NCBI GenBank assembly: GCA_963666485.2
Contig: CAXXUO010000001.1
Span: 384,001 to 448,000 of the forward strand
Reading direction: 5' to 3'
DNA: 64,000 bases
Origin: Syntrophorhabdaceae bacterium
GTDB lineage: Bacteria; Desulfobacterota; Syntrophorhabdia; Syntrophorhabdales; Syntrophorhabdaceae
Positions 1 to 9,949 of the stretch are shown here, one piece after another. The translations under genes were made by a program, and so were the position numbers. Under the pieces are notes generated by a model. That model was not told the origin of the DNA and made no database searches. It saw only the letters and a list, made by a program, of their open reading frames with translations. Position 1 is the first letter of the stretch, and each line of letters opens with the position of its first letter.

Positions 1-414
1 CTCGACCGGTACCTCGACAGGAATTATGATGCCATGGACACCCCGGAACGGATATCTTTCATCTCGGAACTGTCGGGTTTCTTCCTCGGTGCAATGGCCT
101 GGGGGATCTCCCACAGGGACCTCAAGGCCTGCAATATCTTCGTTCTGACAAAAGGCGGGTTCCTGTTCCTCGACGTCGAAGACATACAATTCCGACATCC
201 CGCACCGGACACCCTGAAAAAGCTTTTCTGCCAGCTCAACAACACCCTCCCGAAACGCATATCGCTCAAGGACCGCATGCGTTTCTTCCTGCGGCTTGTT
301 TCCGCCGTCGATTACGATAAAAAACAGCTCTTCAAAGAGGTCATTGCCGAATCGCTGAAAGACAACATTGTCTATGAAGGGGTCGCGGGACTCGTCACGG
401 ATTCGTGGAAATGA
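1..414 (+). CDS. Lipopolysaccharide kinase (Kdo/WaaP)-family protein, C-terminal part (5' truncated by window)
   Basis: Frame open from base 1; kinase catalytic loop HRDLKACN followed by FLFLDVED. Confidence 0.75.
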   Translation, partial: LDRYLDRNYDAMDTPERISFISELSGFFLGAMAWGISHRDLKACNIFVLTKGGFLFLDVEDIQFRHPAPDTLKKLFCQLNNTLPKRISLKDRMRFFLRLVSAVDYDKKQLFKEVIAESLKDNIVYEGVAGLVTDSWK

Positions 415-479
415 AGACCGTGAGGCGTGAGCGCGTAAGGCATTAAAAAAGCGGTTCCTCATTCCGGACACTGTGTGTC

Positions 480-597
480 GTCATTCCGGCGAAGGCCGGA
501 ATCCAGGGTCTTTCCTCTTTTTTTCATCAAATATTCCCGCCTGAATCATGAAGCTATTCCTGCAAAGGCACTGGACCCCGGCCTTCGCCGGGGTGAC
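480..597. repeat. Inverted pair of REP/dRS3-like palindromes (480-506, 571-597)
   Basis: GTCATTCCGGCGAAGGCCGGAATCCAG and reverse-type CTGGACCCCGGCCTTCGCCGGGGTGAC. Confidence 0.9.
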
Positions 598-613
598 GGC
601 AGGGGAAGAGACC

Positions 614-1609
614 TTACTCTATCAACGCCATCCCCGCAACCGATTTTCCCCCGCTTACGACCACGAATTTCGCCCGCTCGGTTCCCGACGGGTCCCAGCG
701 AACGGCAATCTTTCTTGCTTCGAATCTTTTGATGTTTTCCCTTTTGTAGCCGACCAGGAGGGGAACGTCGTTTTTATGAATGATGATCGTGATCTCAGCC
801 GGGGGTTCGAACTCCCGCAGAACTTCTTCAACCGCCTCGTTAAATATCCTCGACTGAACGAGAAACCCGTAGGCGGGGTGATAGTTGCCGCCTGCTACCA
901 TGTCCCGCACAAGTTCATTGTCGGTCAAACCGACATTTGCTACCTCTATCCCGTTCTCCATGGCTGCTTTGTAAATTCGGCAGGCCCTCTCGAGCACGTC
1001 GTCGAAGGCGTCCGGAATAAATCTTTGCTCTTCATAAAGAGAGTGAAGCGGCGTGTTCCTCATAATGACGAGAGGATAGATGCGGATATAGCCGGGTTTC
1101 AGCCGGACCATGTACCGGATCGTCTCATCGATGTCGCTCGTCTTCTCCCCCGGCAATCCGACCATGAATTGCAGGGCGAGATCGAAACCTTCTCTCTGCA
1201 ACCTGTCGTATGCCTGCAAAAGGTCCCCTCCCGTGTGCCCCCTGTTAACATACGCCAGGATCGCGTCGTTGAATGTCGGTATGCCGAGCTCGATCAGCCC
1301 CACCCCGTTCCTTTTGAGCACGGCTATAGTTTCGTCCCTCAAGGGGACGGGCTTTGTCGAGAGGCGGAAACTGCGTATCAGGCCGCGCCACTCGTCAAAA
1401 AACCTGAAGATGTTCTCGAGCATGGCGGGTTCGATACCGAAGATGTTGCCGCCGAAAAGGCCGACCTCGCAGGGTTCGGTCCGTCCGGCAAAGGCGGCAT
1501 CGATCCGGGATTTGACGTCGTCACGGCCTGCCTCGGTGATATAGCCCTGGTGACAATAGATACATCTTTGGGAGCATCCGAGGTGAGGCAGAAATACCGG
1601 AACGACCAT
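614..1609 (-). CDS. Radical SAM protein (ELP3/YhcC-like)
   Basis: PVFLPHLGC-SQR-C-IY-C (CxxxCxxC), FGGNIF, RLSTKP, IELG, MVGLPG. Confidence 0.85.
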   Translation of the reverse strand: MVVPVFLPHLGCSQRCIYCHQGYITEAGRDDVKSRIDAAFAGRTEPCEVGLFGGNIFGIEPAMLENIFRFFDEWRGLIRSFRLSTKPVPLRDETIAVLKRNGVGLIELGIPTFNDAILAYVNRGHTGGDLLQAYDRLQREGFDLALQFMVGLPGEKTSDIDETIRYMVRLKPGYIRIYPLVIMRNTPLHSLYEEQRFIPDAFDDVLERACRIYKAAMENGIEVANVGLTDNELVRDMVAGGNYHPAYGFLVQSRIFNEAVEEVLREFEPPAEITIIIHKNDVPLLVGYKRENIKRFEARKIAVRWDPSGTERAKFVVVSGGKSVAGMALIE

Positions 1610-1733
1610 AATGCAGTATTGTGTATCGTTTTTTTCGCAATTGCAAATTATGCATCGTTATGACCGGTTTGGCCGCCCGCTCGCTTTCAAAAGCTGTTGC
1701 AAAAAGTAAAACAACCGTTCCATAATAGAAACC

Positions 1734-3026
1734 ATGGCTCCGGCAGACAGCAGGATGGGTAGTCAGATACCCGAGGAGAGACTGGGAAAGGCCGAAGTCT
1801 TCTTCCAGAGGGTGCACGACGTGTTCTCGGGCGGGTCTGCCATACTGTGCGTTTCCGCCCGCATAGCCGGGCCGCTCGATGTTCAGCTCGTCAAGCAATC
1901 GTGCCGGAAGCTCTGGGAGAGACATCCTCTGCTCCGTGCCCGGATATCGGCAAAGGCGGACGGACCCTGCTTCGTATTCGATGTCCCCTTCAACAGGATA
2001 CCCATCCACTCGGTGTTCGAACTCGGTAAGACCGAGATCCCCACATTTGTCGAGCGCGAAATAAGCTCGGCATTCGATACGGCGCGCTGCCTGTGGAAGG
2101 TGCTGCTCGTAACGGACAAGGTGAAACTCGATAAGCATTACCTGGTCGTCTGTACCCATCGTTCGATAAGCGACCCGTTCTGTACCGTCAGTCTTGCCCG
2201 CGAAATGCTGGAGGTATGCGCACAAATACTGTCGGGCATGGAATGCGAGGTCAGCCTGTTGCCCGTGAGCCCGAATTTCGAGCAGATCGCCGCGTCGATC
2301 CCTGAATCGCTCTTCTCGGAAGGCATGTCCGGCAGCAGGAAAGAGGGATCTGTTGGCGGCCGGATGCCCTGTCCGGACGTCCCCGTCAACAAGAGAAATA
2401 CGCGCATCAGGAGCCACACGATAAAACCCGAGCGCCTTAAAACACTGAAGGCCCTGGCCAGGGCCGAAAAAGCCACGATGCGGGGGATGCTCGCAGCCGC
2501 GACCGCCATGGCGATGCAAAAGCAGATCGGGGATGATGTCCCGATCGATATCCGCACCCCGTTAAGCATCCGGAAACTCACCACGCCCCGGATCGGCAAA
2601 GACGAAATGCGGTGCCTCGCGTATGATGCGCGCATTCAATCGAAACAGATCTCCGACCGCGCAAGTTTCTGGAGCTTTGCACGGGATTATGAGGCCGCGC
2701 TCCTGGCTTCCGCACCGTCGGCAGATTGGCCCGTTCACGCGCCGGAGATGAACGATGATCCCGATCAGGCACCCGGCTTGCCGCTCTCGTGCTCGCTCGT
2801 ATACGCAAACGAGATCCGCCGCATTCAGAAGAGCCCGTTCACGATCGAGAACTTCCTGCTGGTGAGGGGCTTGAGGTCCGCGGACAAGCTTATGTTCATT
2901 TCTGCAATGCCCGTGCTGGGCAGCCTGCCGGTCACATTCGCATATGTGTCACCCCTTCTCGATGAGGCCTGGGTCGACAAATTCGTCAAAAACTTCATTC
3001 ACATACTCGAAAAGACCATAAAATAA
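1734..3026 (+). CDS. Condensation-domain / PapA5-like acyltransferase-fold protein
   Basis: RHPLLRARI motif, GPLD, degenerate HHxxxDG (THRSISDP), LARAEKATM..LAAA. Confidence 0.65.
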   Translation: MAPADSRMGSQIPEERLGKAEVFFQRVHDVFSGGSAILCVSARIAGPLDVQLVKQSCRKLWERHPLLRARISAKADGPCFVFDVPFNRIPIHSVFELGKTEIPTFVEREISSAFDTARCLWKVLLVTDKVKLDKHYLVVCTHRSISDPFCTVSLAREMLEVCAQILSGMECEVSLLPVSPNFEQIAASIPESLFSEGMSGSRKEGSVGGRMPCPDVPVNKRNTRIRSHTIKPERLKTLKALARAEKATMRGMLAAATAMAMQKQIGDDVPIDIRTPLSIRKLTTPRIGKDEMRCLAYDARIQSKQISDRASFWSFARDYEAALLASAPSADWPVHAPEMNDDPDQAPGLPLSCSLVYANEIRRIQKSPFTIENFLLVRGLRSADKLMFISAMPVLGSLPVTFAYVSPLLDEAWVDKFVKNFIHILEKTIK

Positions 3027-3038
3027 CCGGGAGAACCC

Positions 3039-4124
3039 ATGAAAATTTCCACATCGAAATATCTGCAGATCCTCGTAGTCATTACCATGATCGCACTTTC
3101 CGCGATCATCGCCCGCCCTCAGGCGGCACTGTCGGGGCCTTTGCCAAAAATAAAGATACTCGCGATGGGAGGGACCATCGCCGGGGTCGCGGCCTCCCCG
3201 ACAGAGACCAAGGATTACAAACCCGGCACCCTGGACATCGCGTCCATAATCCGGTCCGTACCCGGTCTCGAAAAACTCGCCGACATCTCGGGCGAGCAGG
3301 TGGCGAATGTCGACAGCTCACATATGACGGACGAGCTCATGCTCAAGCTTGCGCGGCGGGCCAATGAGCTCTTCGCGACCGGGGCGGTTGACGGGATCGT
3401 CGTGACGCACGGCACAGATACCCTGGAAGAGACGGCATATTTCCTGAACCTGACCGTGAAAAGTGATAAACCCGTGGTCATCACCGGTTCTATGCGGCCC
3501 TCCACGGCGATAAGCGCGGATGGTCCCCTCAACCTTTACAACGCCGTTGTCCTGGCGGCTGACAAACGGTCGCGCGGACGGGGCGTACTCGTCACCCTCA
3601 ACGAGACTGTCCATGCGGCCCGCTTTGTGACAAAGACAAACACGACGAGCGTTGACACGTTCCGCTCCGCGGACCTCGGGTGCCTCGGGTACGTCCTCGA
3701 CGGCATACCGTATTTTTACCAGTCGACCGCGAAACGGCATACCGCTTCATCCGAATTCGACACAGGCGCTATGAGGTCGCTGCCGCGCGTTGACATCATC
3801 TACGGTCACGCGAATGGCAGCCGGGCCCTCGTCGACGCGGCCCTAAGCGCCGGGTCACAAGGGATCATCATTGCGGGCGCCGGGAACGGCGGTATTTTCC
3901 CGAAGGAAAAAGAGGCCCTTATCGATGCCGCAAAAAAAGGCGTGCCGGTTGTCCGGGCATCGCGTACCGGCAGCGGGATTGTGACGCAGAGCGGGGAATA
4001 CGACAGGTACGGTTTCGTGACATCGAATAACCTTAATCCGCAAAAAGCCCGGATACTGCTGATGCTGGCCCTTACAAAAACGACGCAGCGGAAAGAAATT
4101 CAAAGGATGTTCGACGAGTATTGA
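3039..4124 (+). CDS. ansB: L-asparaginase type II (exported)
   Basis: Signal peptide, GGTIAG, HGTDTLEET, SMRPSTAISADGP, LNPQKAR. Confidence 0.92.
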   Translation: MKISTSKYLQILVVITMIALSAIIARPQAALSGPLPKIKILAMGGTIAGVAASPTETKDYKPGTLDIASIIRSVPGLEKLADISGEQVANVDSSHMTDELMLKLARRANELFATGAVDGIVVTHGTDTLEETAYFLNLTVKSDKPVVITGSMRPSTAISADGPLNLYNAVVLAADKRSRGRGVLVTLNETVHAARFVTKTNTTSVDTFRSADLGCLGYVLDGIPYFYQSTAKRHTASSEFDTGAMRSLPRVDIIYGHANGSRALVDAALSAGSQGIIIAGAGNGGIFPKEKEALIDAAKKGVPVVRASRTGSGIVTQSGEYDRYGFVTSNNLNPQKARILLMLALTKTTQRKEIQRMFDEY

Positions 4125-4183
4125 CCACAAGGCAGGGGCGTTCTTCCTTGACTTTTGGCCTCCTCTTTCCTTAATCTGTACCC

Positions 4184-5008
4184 ATGCAAAAACTCGCCAT
4201 AGGCATGTTCGACTCGGGGGTCGGGGGGATGACCGTCCTTAAGGAAGTAAAGGCCCTTCTGCCCCATGAGCACATCATCTATTTCGGGGACACCGCGAGG
4301 GTGCCCTATGGCAACAAATCTCCGCAGATGGTAACGAAGTACGCGCTCGAAAGCGCCCTCTTCCTCCTGACGAAGGGCATCAAGCTCCTCATCATAGCAT
4401 GCAACACGTCTTCGGCATTCGCCCTCCAGATACTCCAGAAAAAAATGCCGATCCCCGTCATCGGCGTCATAGCGCCGGGGGCCAGGGAGGCTGTCAGGAA
4501 CACGAAAAGCAGGAAAGTGGCCGTCATCGGCACCCGGACCACCATAAAAAGCATGGCATATGACAGGTCGATCAGGAAGCTCGATCCGGGCATAGAAGTT
4601 TTTTCGCGTGCCTGTCCCCTCTTTGTGCCGATCGTCGAGGAAGGGCTCGAACACGATGAGATCGCGAGCCTTACGGCCGGGAAATACCTTAGCGACCTGC
4701 GTGGTTCGGGGATCGACGTGATCGTCATGGGCTGCACTCATTACCCGGTCCTCGAGGACGTGATCAGGCAGACGCTGGGAAGCGGCATCAAGATCGTCCA
4801 TTCCGGGAAGGAAACGGCAAAAGAGGCCCGGGCCATCTTGAATGACAGGGACCTCTTCAACAAGAGGGGCCGCGGCAAGTGCGAGTATTTTGTGACCGAC
4901 GCGCCCGGGTCTTTTCGTGATATTGGCGGAAGGATCCTGGGAGAGGACCTCACGCACGTGAGATCGCTGAAAAGCCTCGGCTACCAGGACCTTCTTTTCT
5001 CTTCATGA
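4184..5008 (+). CDS. murI: Glutamate racemase
   Basis: FDSGVGG, PYGNKS, IACNTSS, MGCTHYP. Confidence 0.97.
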   Translation: MQKLAIGMFDSGVGGMTVLKEVKALLPHEHIIYFGDTARVPYGNKSPQMVTKYALESALFLLTKGIKLLIIACNTSSAFALQILQKKMPIPVIGVIAPGAREAVRNTKSRKVAVIGTRTTIKSMAYDRSIRKLDPGIEVFSRACPLFVPIVEEGLEHDEIASLTAGKYLSDLRGSGIDVIVMGCTHYPVLEDVIRQTLGSGIKIVHSGKETAKEARAILNDRDLFNKRGRGKCEYFVTDAPGSFRDIGGRILGEDLTHVRSLKSLGYQDLLFSS

Positions 5009-6963
5009 TTGCCGACATAGCCCTGCCTATACCTGTCGGCAAAAATTTTTCCTATTCAGTACCTGATGAGATGGCCCCGCATATTTCCCTGTGGTCACGG
5101 GTGCGCGTCCCGTTCCATCAAAGGGACGCCGTTGGCATCGTTGCGGACCTTAAGGAGGGCGACCCGACCGGGCTCAAGCCCGTGATCGAGCCCCTCGACT
5201 TTTTCCCGCTCGTCAATGAGGAACTCCCGGCCCTCGCGAAGTGGGCGTCATCATACTACCTTGCACCGATCGGCCTCGTTATGAAATACGCCCTGCCTCC
5301 TGTGCGCGATATCGAGCGCTACCTTGTCGCCGGGGAACCGGCGGGCGCCGAAGCGGCCTGTCCGGTACCGCTCGGCAAAATGATCAAACGATCGGGACAT
5401 CTTGGCCTTATGGAACTTTACAGCAAGGGTGCTCTCGCCTTAAGCGACAGCCTGTCACACAACGACTTCGGCCCGGCCGGACTTAAGGCCCCGGGGGAAC
5501 CGGACAAGGAGGCGGAGAAAATCGTCCTTGTCGATTCGCTGGAAAAGCGGCTGGAAAGATATGTCTCGCTCATCAATGCCCGCCTTGAAAATAACGGGAA
5601 CATTCTTTTCCTCCTGCCGGACCACCACGCGGCGGGAGCGTATTTCGCACGGATAATGAAGGAATTGTATGGCGACCGTGTCCTCTGGTTCGGTTCGGGC
5701 ATACCGGTGAAGCAGCGGATGGAGACGTACTTCCGGGTCCGCCATGACGACGGGCATATTATCCTCGGCAATAAAAGCCTGGTATTCCTCCCGGCCCGCA
5801 ACCTCTCCCTCATCATCGCGGAAAGGTTTGACGACGAAGAATACCGGAACGAGGAAAGCTTCAAATTCAACGCCGTCCGGACAGCTGTTGAACGCGCCCG
5901 CCTGAGCGGTGCCCCGGTCATTCTCGGCAGCGCCGCATGCTCTCTGGAAATTCTTCATCGCGTCCGCGAAAATGGATACGCGCTGCATTTTCGGGCCGCG
6001 GACAATCTCTCACGCCTGCCGGCAACGGTACGCTCGAGGTCTTCAGGCGAATTGCTCGATCGTCTTTGCGCCGATATCGAAGACTCCGCCCGGAGGGGGA
6101 TGAGAGTCGCCGTTTACGTCCCCCGCAAGGAATACGGCTCTTACCTCAGATGCCAGGCGTGCCGGGAAGACCTCTTATGCGAAAAATGCGGGTCACCCTT
6201 CACGTATGACCGGGACAGCAATAACCTTGAATGTTCCTCCTGCGGGACCGGTCACCCCTATATAGATTCATGTCCCGTGTGCGGCAGCCGCATGATCGGT
6301 TTCGCGAGAATAGGTGCATCCTTCGTGTTCGACCACATTTCCCGGAATGTTCCCGGCATCCGCGCCGCACTCATCACCGGTGATTCACTGAAAAAAGAGC
6401 TATCCATCTTGAAGAAGAACGGTCCCGCTCCTCAATGCCTGGTAGGGACGCAGTCGCTTTCAAAACTTTACGGTCATCAGTGTGACAGGCTTTATCTCGT
6501 GGACTGGGAAGAATTACGCAAAATGTCCGGGTTCCGGTCAGACGAAAAAACTCACCAGGTCCTCCTGAACCTTATCGACGCCCTGAAGCCCCACGAGATC
6601 GTGTGCTACTCCAGACAAAAAAAATCCTCAGATATCGCGGCCTACCTGGACCCTCAGCAATTTTGCGGGACCGAGCTTCAAAAACGCAAGGACGCTGAAT
6701 TCCCCCCTTTCACCAGGATGTTCATCATCGACGCGCGGGCAAAAACCCGGCCCGCCGCCGACCGTGCCCTCTCAAAGATCAAGACGGTCATCTCCGCCAA
6801 CGGCCTCGACCCGTTCGTCTTCGGCACCGTACCCGCCAATAAGGGCCCCTATCACGTTTGGAAAACCCTCCTGAAAGGCCCCGAAGACCTGCTTAACAAA
6901 GCCTTCGCAGACCTGTACAGCATCCCGGGCGTAGAGATCGAAGCGGATCCGCCCTCCTTTTAA
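5005..6963 (+). CDS. priA: Primosomal protein N' (PriA), helicase motifs degenerate
   Basis: N-terminal 3'-DNA-binding domain (FSYSVP..RVRVPF), four CxxC Zn motifs, C-terminal FPPF; Walker A not recognisable. Confidence 0.8.
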   Translation: MIADIALPIPVGKNFSYSVPDEMAPHISLWSRVRVPFHQRDAVGIVADLKEGDPTGLKPVIEPLDFFPLVNEELPALAKWASSYYLAPIGLVMKYALPPVRDIERYLVAGEPAGAEAACPVPLGKMIKRSGHLGLMELYSKGALALSDSLSHNDFGPAGLKAPGEPDKEAEKIVLVDSLEKRLERYVSLINARLENNGNILFLLPDHHAAGAYFARIMKELYGDRVLWFGSGIPVKQRMETYFRVRHDDGHIILGNKSLVFLPARNLSLIIAERFDDEEYRNEESFKFNAVRTAVERARLSGAPVILGSAACSLEILHRVRENGYALHFRAADNLSRLPATVRSRSSGELLDRLCADIEDSARRGMRVAVYVPRKEYGSYLRCQACREDLLCEKCGSPFTYDRDSNNLECSSCGTGHPYIDSCPVCGSRMIGFARIGASFVFDHISRNVPGIRAALITGDSLKKELSILKKNGPAPQCLVGTQSLSKLYGHQCDRLYLVDWEELRKMSGFRSDEKTHQVLLNLIDALKPHEIVCYSRQKKSSDIAAYLDPQQFCGTELQKRKDAEFPPFTRMFIIDARAKTRPAADRALSKIKTVISANGLDPFVFGTVPANKGPYHVWKTLLKGPEDLLNKAFADLYSIPGVEIEADPPSF

Positions 6964-6988
6964 TCGTGAGGCGTGAGGCGTAAAAACC

Positions 6989-7183
6989 TTGGATCCCGGT
7001 GTCAAGCACCGGGATGACGGTCTTGATAATAGACTCAGGGACAAGAAAAAGTCGCAAATAATATTATAATCGTCATTCCGCCGGCTTTTGCGGCGGAATC
7101 CAGCGTCTTTCGATTTTTTTCCCGTTCCCCATGATGTGAAGAAGAAAAACCAAAGACGCTGGATTCCGGCAAGCCGGAATGAC
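6989..7183. repeat. Cluster of three REP/dRS3-like palindromes (6989-7018, 7072-7103, 7159-7183)
   Basis: GTCAT(T/C)CC...GG(A/G)ATCCA hairpins in both orientations. Confidence 0.9.
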
Positions 7184-7429
7184 GGAAAATTAGATCATAT
7201 CGGGCTTTTGTATCAGGATGATTGGGGGGACCGACCGAAGCGGGTTTAATGACCAAATTCATCGCGGCTTTTAATTTAGGGCGATAACGAGGCGACGACG
7301 AGGGTCCCGACACAGGCGTACACTGATACCGGGGCACCCACTTCCGAGCTTGCTAATGTGGTTCGCGCGTCGAGGAGGGGCCGGAGGAATTCAACGAAGG
7401 AAGCGCCCTGATAAGGAAGGCGCCTGTCC

Positions 7430-7462
7430 AAAAAAAAGGGGAGGCGCGTGGCCTCCCCCCTT
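7430..7462 (-). terminator. Rho-independent terminator for 7478-7945 gene
   Basis: GGGGAGGC/GCCTCCCC stem with A8 tract on + strand (U tract on -). Confidence 0.8.
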
Positions 7463-7477
7463 CTTTCTTGAGAGAAA

Positions 7478-7945
7478 TTACTTCTTTGCAGGGGCTGCGG
7501 CGGGAGCTGCCGGAGCTGCGGGAGCTGCCGGTTTCTCTTCTGCCTTCTTCTCTGCCTTCTTCTCTGCGGCTTTCTTCTTCGCTGCGCCAGGTTTGCCAAC
7601 TGCCTTAGCGATGTTCTTGCCGTCTTTCTCTACGTAGACAACCACGACCTTGTCGCCAGCTGCTACTTTCTTATCCATCTTCGCCTTGGAGACGTCGAAG
7701 GTCATTTCTGTTTCGCCCTTCACGACGATTGTCTTTGCTGCATCGTCTTTGCTGACGAACTCACCTTCGAACTTCTTTGCGCCGGCTTTCTTGGCTTTCT
7801 CTACGGCTTTGTCTTTTGCGGGTTTCTCCGGTGCTGCGGCCGGTTTGTCTGTTGCAGGGGCTTTCTTCTCCTCTGCTGCATACACGGTCGTCACGAAGGC
7901 CACGCCGATGATGATTGCGAGAACGAGCATTAATACTTTCTTCAT
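7478..7945 (-). CDS. Secreted Lys/Ala-rich small beta-barrel (OB-like) protein
   Basis: Strong SD GGAGGAGGTG before ATG 7945; signal peptide MKKVLMLVLAIIIGVAFVTTVYA; KFEGEFVSKD..KTIVVK..MTFDV..GDKVVVVY. Confidence 0.85.
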   Translation of the reverse strand: MKKVLMLVLAIIIGVAFVTTVYAAEEKKAPATDKPAAAPEKPAKDKAVEKAKKAGAKKFEGEFVSKDDAAKTIVVKGETEMTFDVSKAKMDKKVAAGDKVVVVYVEKDGKNIAKAVGKPGAAKKKAAEKKAEKKAEEKPAAPAAPAAPAAAPAKK

Positions 7946-8001
7946 ATTGTGTTCACCTCCTCCCCTTTTATTGGTTACATTCAGCTGCATGGCTTCAGTA
8001 A

Positions 8002-8017
8002 TGCATTCGCCGTGCCA
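8002..8017 (-). promoter_or_regulatory. sigma54 (-24/-12) promoter
   Basis: Minus strand TGGCAC-GGCGA-ATGCA, about 57 nt upstream of ATG 7945; sigma54 activator gene adjacent. Confidence 0.85.
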
Positions 8018-8082
8018 CATTCGTAACATGTGGATAATATTAGACACTATGATTTTCTCCGAAACGTGAAAACCCGCTGAAA

Positions 8083-8158
8083 TCGGAAATTTCCGACTAA
8101 AACAACCATTTACCATCGGAAATATCCGACTACCTCTGTTTCCATCGGACAAATCCGA
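8083..8158. promoter_or_regulatory. Three palindromic upstream activator sites TCGGA-N4-TCCGA (8083-8096, 8116-8129, 8145-8158)
   Basis: Three palindromes spaced 33 and 29 bp apart, about 65-140 bp upstream of the -24 element. Confidence 0.75.
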
Positions 8159-8229
8159 CCCCCACCTCCGTCACCCCGGCGAGAAGACCAGGACCGAAGA
8201 TTTTTCCTTATGGTACCACGGCACGGGCC

Positions 8230-8414
8230 GTCATTCCCGCGAAGCGGGAATCCAGCGTCTTTAGCTTTTGATATTTAATGGTCTATTAAGGTTGACCTTC
8301 TTGTGTACACCACGGCCAGCGGCTGATGTACAGGTACAAGATGAGTGCACGTTTCCGGGTATTGCCCAAAAATCCTACTGAAAAGACACTGGATTCCCGC
8401 TTCGCGGGAATGAC
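8230..8414. repeat. Inverted pair of REP/dRS3-like palindromes (8230-8255, 8389-8414)
   Basis: GTCATTCCCGCGAAGCGGGAATCCAG and its exact reverse complement. Confidence 0.92.
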
Positions 8415-8488
8415 GGCAGGTTTTGTGGTGTATTTACGTCTATGATGTCGCGGCGCCCTTATAGTCTACGATGTCGCGGCGCTTACTT

Positions 8489-9949
8489 TTAGCCTTTCCC
8501 CGTTTGCCGCTTCTTCATATCCGCCATCTTTGCCTTATAATCATACAACCCCAGTTCCTTAAGCTTTGACACGGCGACGAAGAAGGTGTCCCTGTTTATC
8601 CCGAGATGCTCCACGATCTCCTTTGGTTCCAGGAGATGGCCGGATTCCCCGTCCGGGTCGAGCTTTGTCAGATAAAGGTAGAGCCGGTATTCCGCCGCGG
8701 TGAGGCGCGCGTCTATAAGCTCGTCGAGCTTCAGCGCTATAGGGCTCACCCCGCCGTGCGGCCTCGAGCCCTGGCGCACCTCCGCGGGGACGTGCTCCAT
8801 CGTTATGGTGCCGGCATCGCACATTATATAGGAACGCTCGAGGACCGATTCGAGCTGCCGCACGTTGCCGGGCCAGGGGTAATGCATAAAGCACTGAAGC
8901 ACATCATCCGAGAGGCCCTTCTTCTCCTGGTGGGCGCTGTCAAATTTTTTCAGGAAATGCTCGATCAGAAGCGGTATGTCCGTAAGCCGGTCGCGAAGAG
9001 GGGGGAGGGCGAACGCGATGACATTCAGCCGGTAATACAGGTCCTCCCTGAACTTGCCGTCCTCGATCTCCTTCTCCAGCTTTTTGTTTGTTGCGGAAAT
9101 AATACGCACGTCGAGCTTGATCGTCTCGTTCCCGCCGATCCTGCGCACCTCTTTTTCCTGGAGCACCCTCAAGAGTTTTGCCTGGGTGCTCTGCGTCAGG
9201 TCCCCTATTTCATCGAGGAACAACGTGCTGCCGTTCGCCTGCTCGAAAAGCCCGATGTGACGGGAAACCGCCCCCGTAAAAGCGCCCTTTTCATAGCCGA
9301 AAAGCTCGCTTTCGAGCAGCGTCTCGGGTATCGCCGCGCAGTTTATCGCGAAGAAGGGCTTGCTCTTGCGCGGGCTGTTATAATGGATGCTCTTTGCAAA
9401 CAGCTCCTTGCCGGTCCCGCTCTCTCCATGGATAAGCACCGTCGAGTTCGTCGGGGCAACCCGCTTGACGATCTTGTACAGTTCTTCCATTGCCCCGTGT
9501 GCGCCTACGATGTTGTCAATATGGAACCGGTCGCGCAGCTGGTCCTTCAGCATGATGTTGTCTTTGAGGAGGCGCACCTGGTTCACGGCATTGTTGACAA
9601 CAAGGAGGAGCTGGTCCTTTTCAAGGGGTTTTTCGAGGTAATAAAACGCGCCGAGCTTCGTCGCCTCGACGGCCGACGGGATGGACCCGAACGCCGTCAC
9701 AATGATCACGTGGCAAGGGTGGCCGAGGGCACGCACCTCCCGTAAGACCTCTGTGCCGTCGATATCGGGAAGCTTAAGGTCAGTCACGACAATATCGAAG
9801 CTCGCGTTTTTCAGGATATCGACCGCTTTGCGGCCGCAATCCGCATCCTCCACGTAAAACCCCTCCCTGGAGAGGATCATCTTCACTATTTCACGCTGGT
9901 TCCTGTCGTCCTCTACGACGAGGATCGTCCCTTTATTGTCATCCTTCAT
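8489..9949 (-). CDS. sigma54-dependent response regulator (NtrC family) with atypical C-terminal wHTH
   Basis: REC (VVEDD, TDLKLP, EKP), AAA+ GESGTGKE, GAFTGA, LFLDEIG, WPGNVRQL. Confidence 0.95.
   Translation of the reverse strand: MKDDNKGTILVVEDDRNQREIVKMILSREGFYVEDADCGRKAVDILKNASFDIVVTDLKLPDIDGTEVLREVRALGHPCHVIIVTAFGSIPSAVEATKLGAFYYLEKPLEKDQLLLVVNNAVNQVRLLKDNIMLKDQLRDRFHIDNIVGAHGAMEELYKIVKRVAPTNSTVLIHGESGTGKELFAKSIHYNSPRKSKPFFAINCAAIPETLLESELFGYEKGAFTGAVSRHIGLFEQANGSTLFLDEIGDLTQSTQAKLLRVLQEKEVRRIGGNETIKLDVRIISATNKKLEKEIEDGKFREDLYYRLNVIAFALPPLRDRLTDIPLLIEHFLKKFDSAHQEKKGLSDDVLQCFMHYPWPGNVRQLESVLERSYIMCDAGTITMEHVPAEVRQGSRPHGGVSPIALKLDELIDARLTAAEYRLYLYLTKLDPDGESGHLLEPKEIVEHLGINRDTFFVAVSKLKELGLYDYKAKMADMKKRQTGKG

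Noticed and set aside
548..2519. Long antisense ORFs (548-1663, 1521-2519) and similar shadow ORFs across the window
   Set aside because: Opposite-strand shadows of well-supported genes in GC-rich DNA, with no recognisable motifs.
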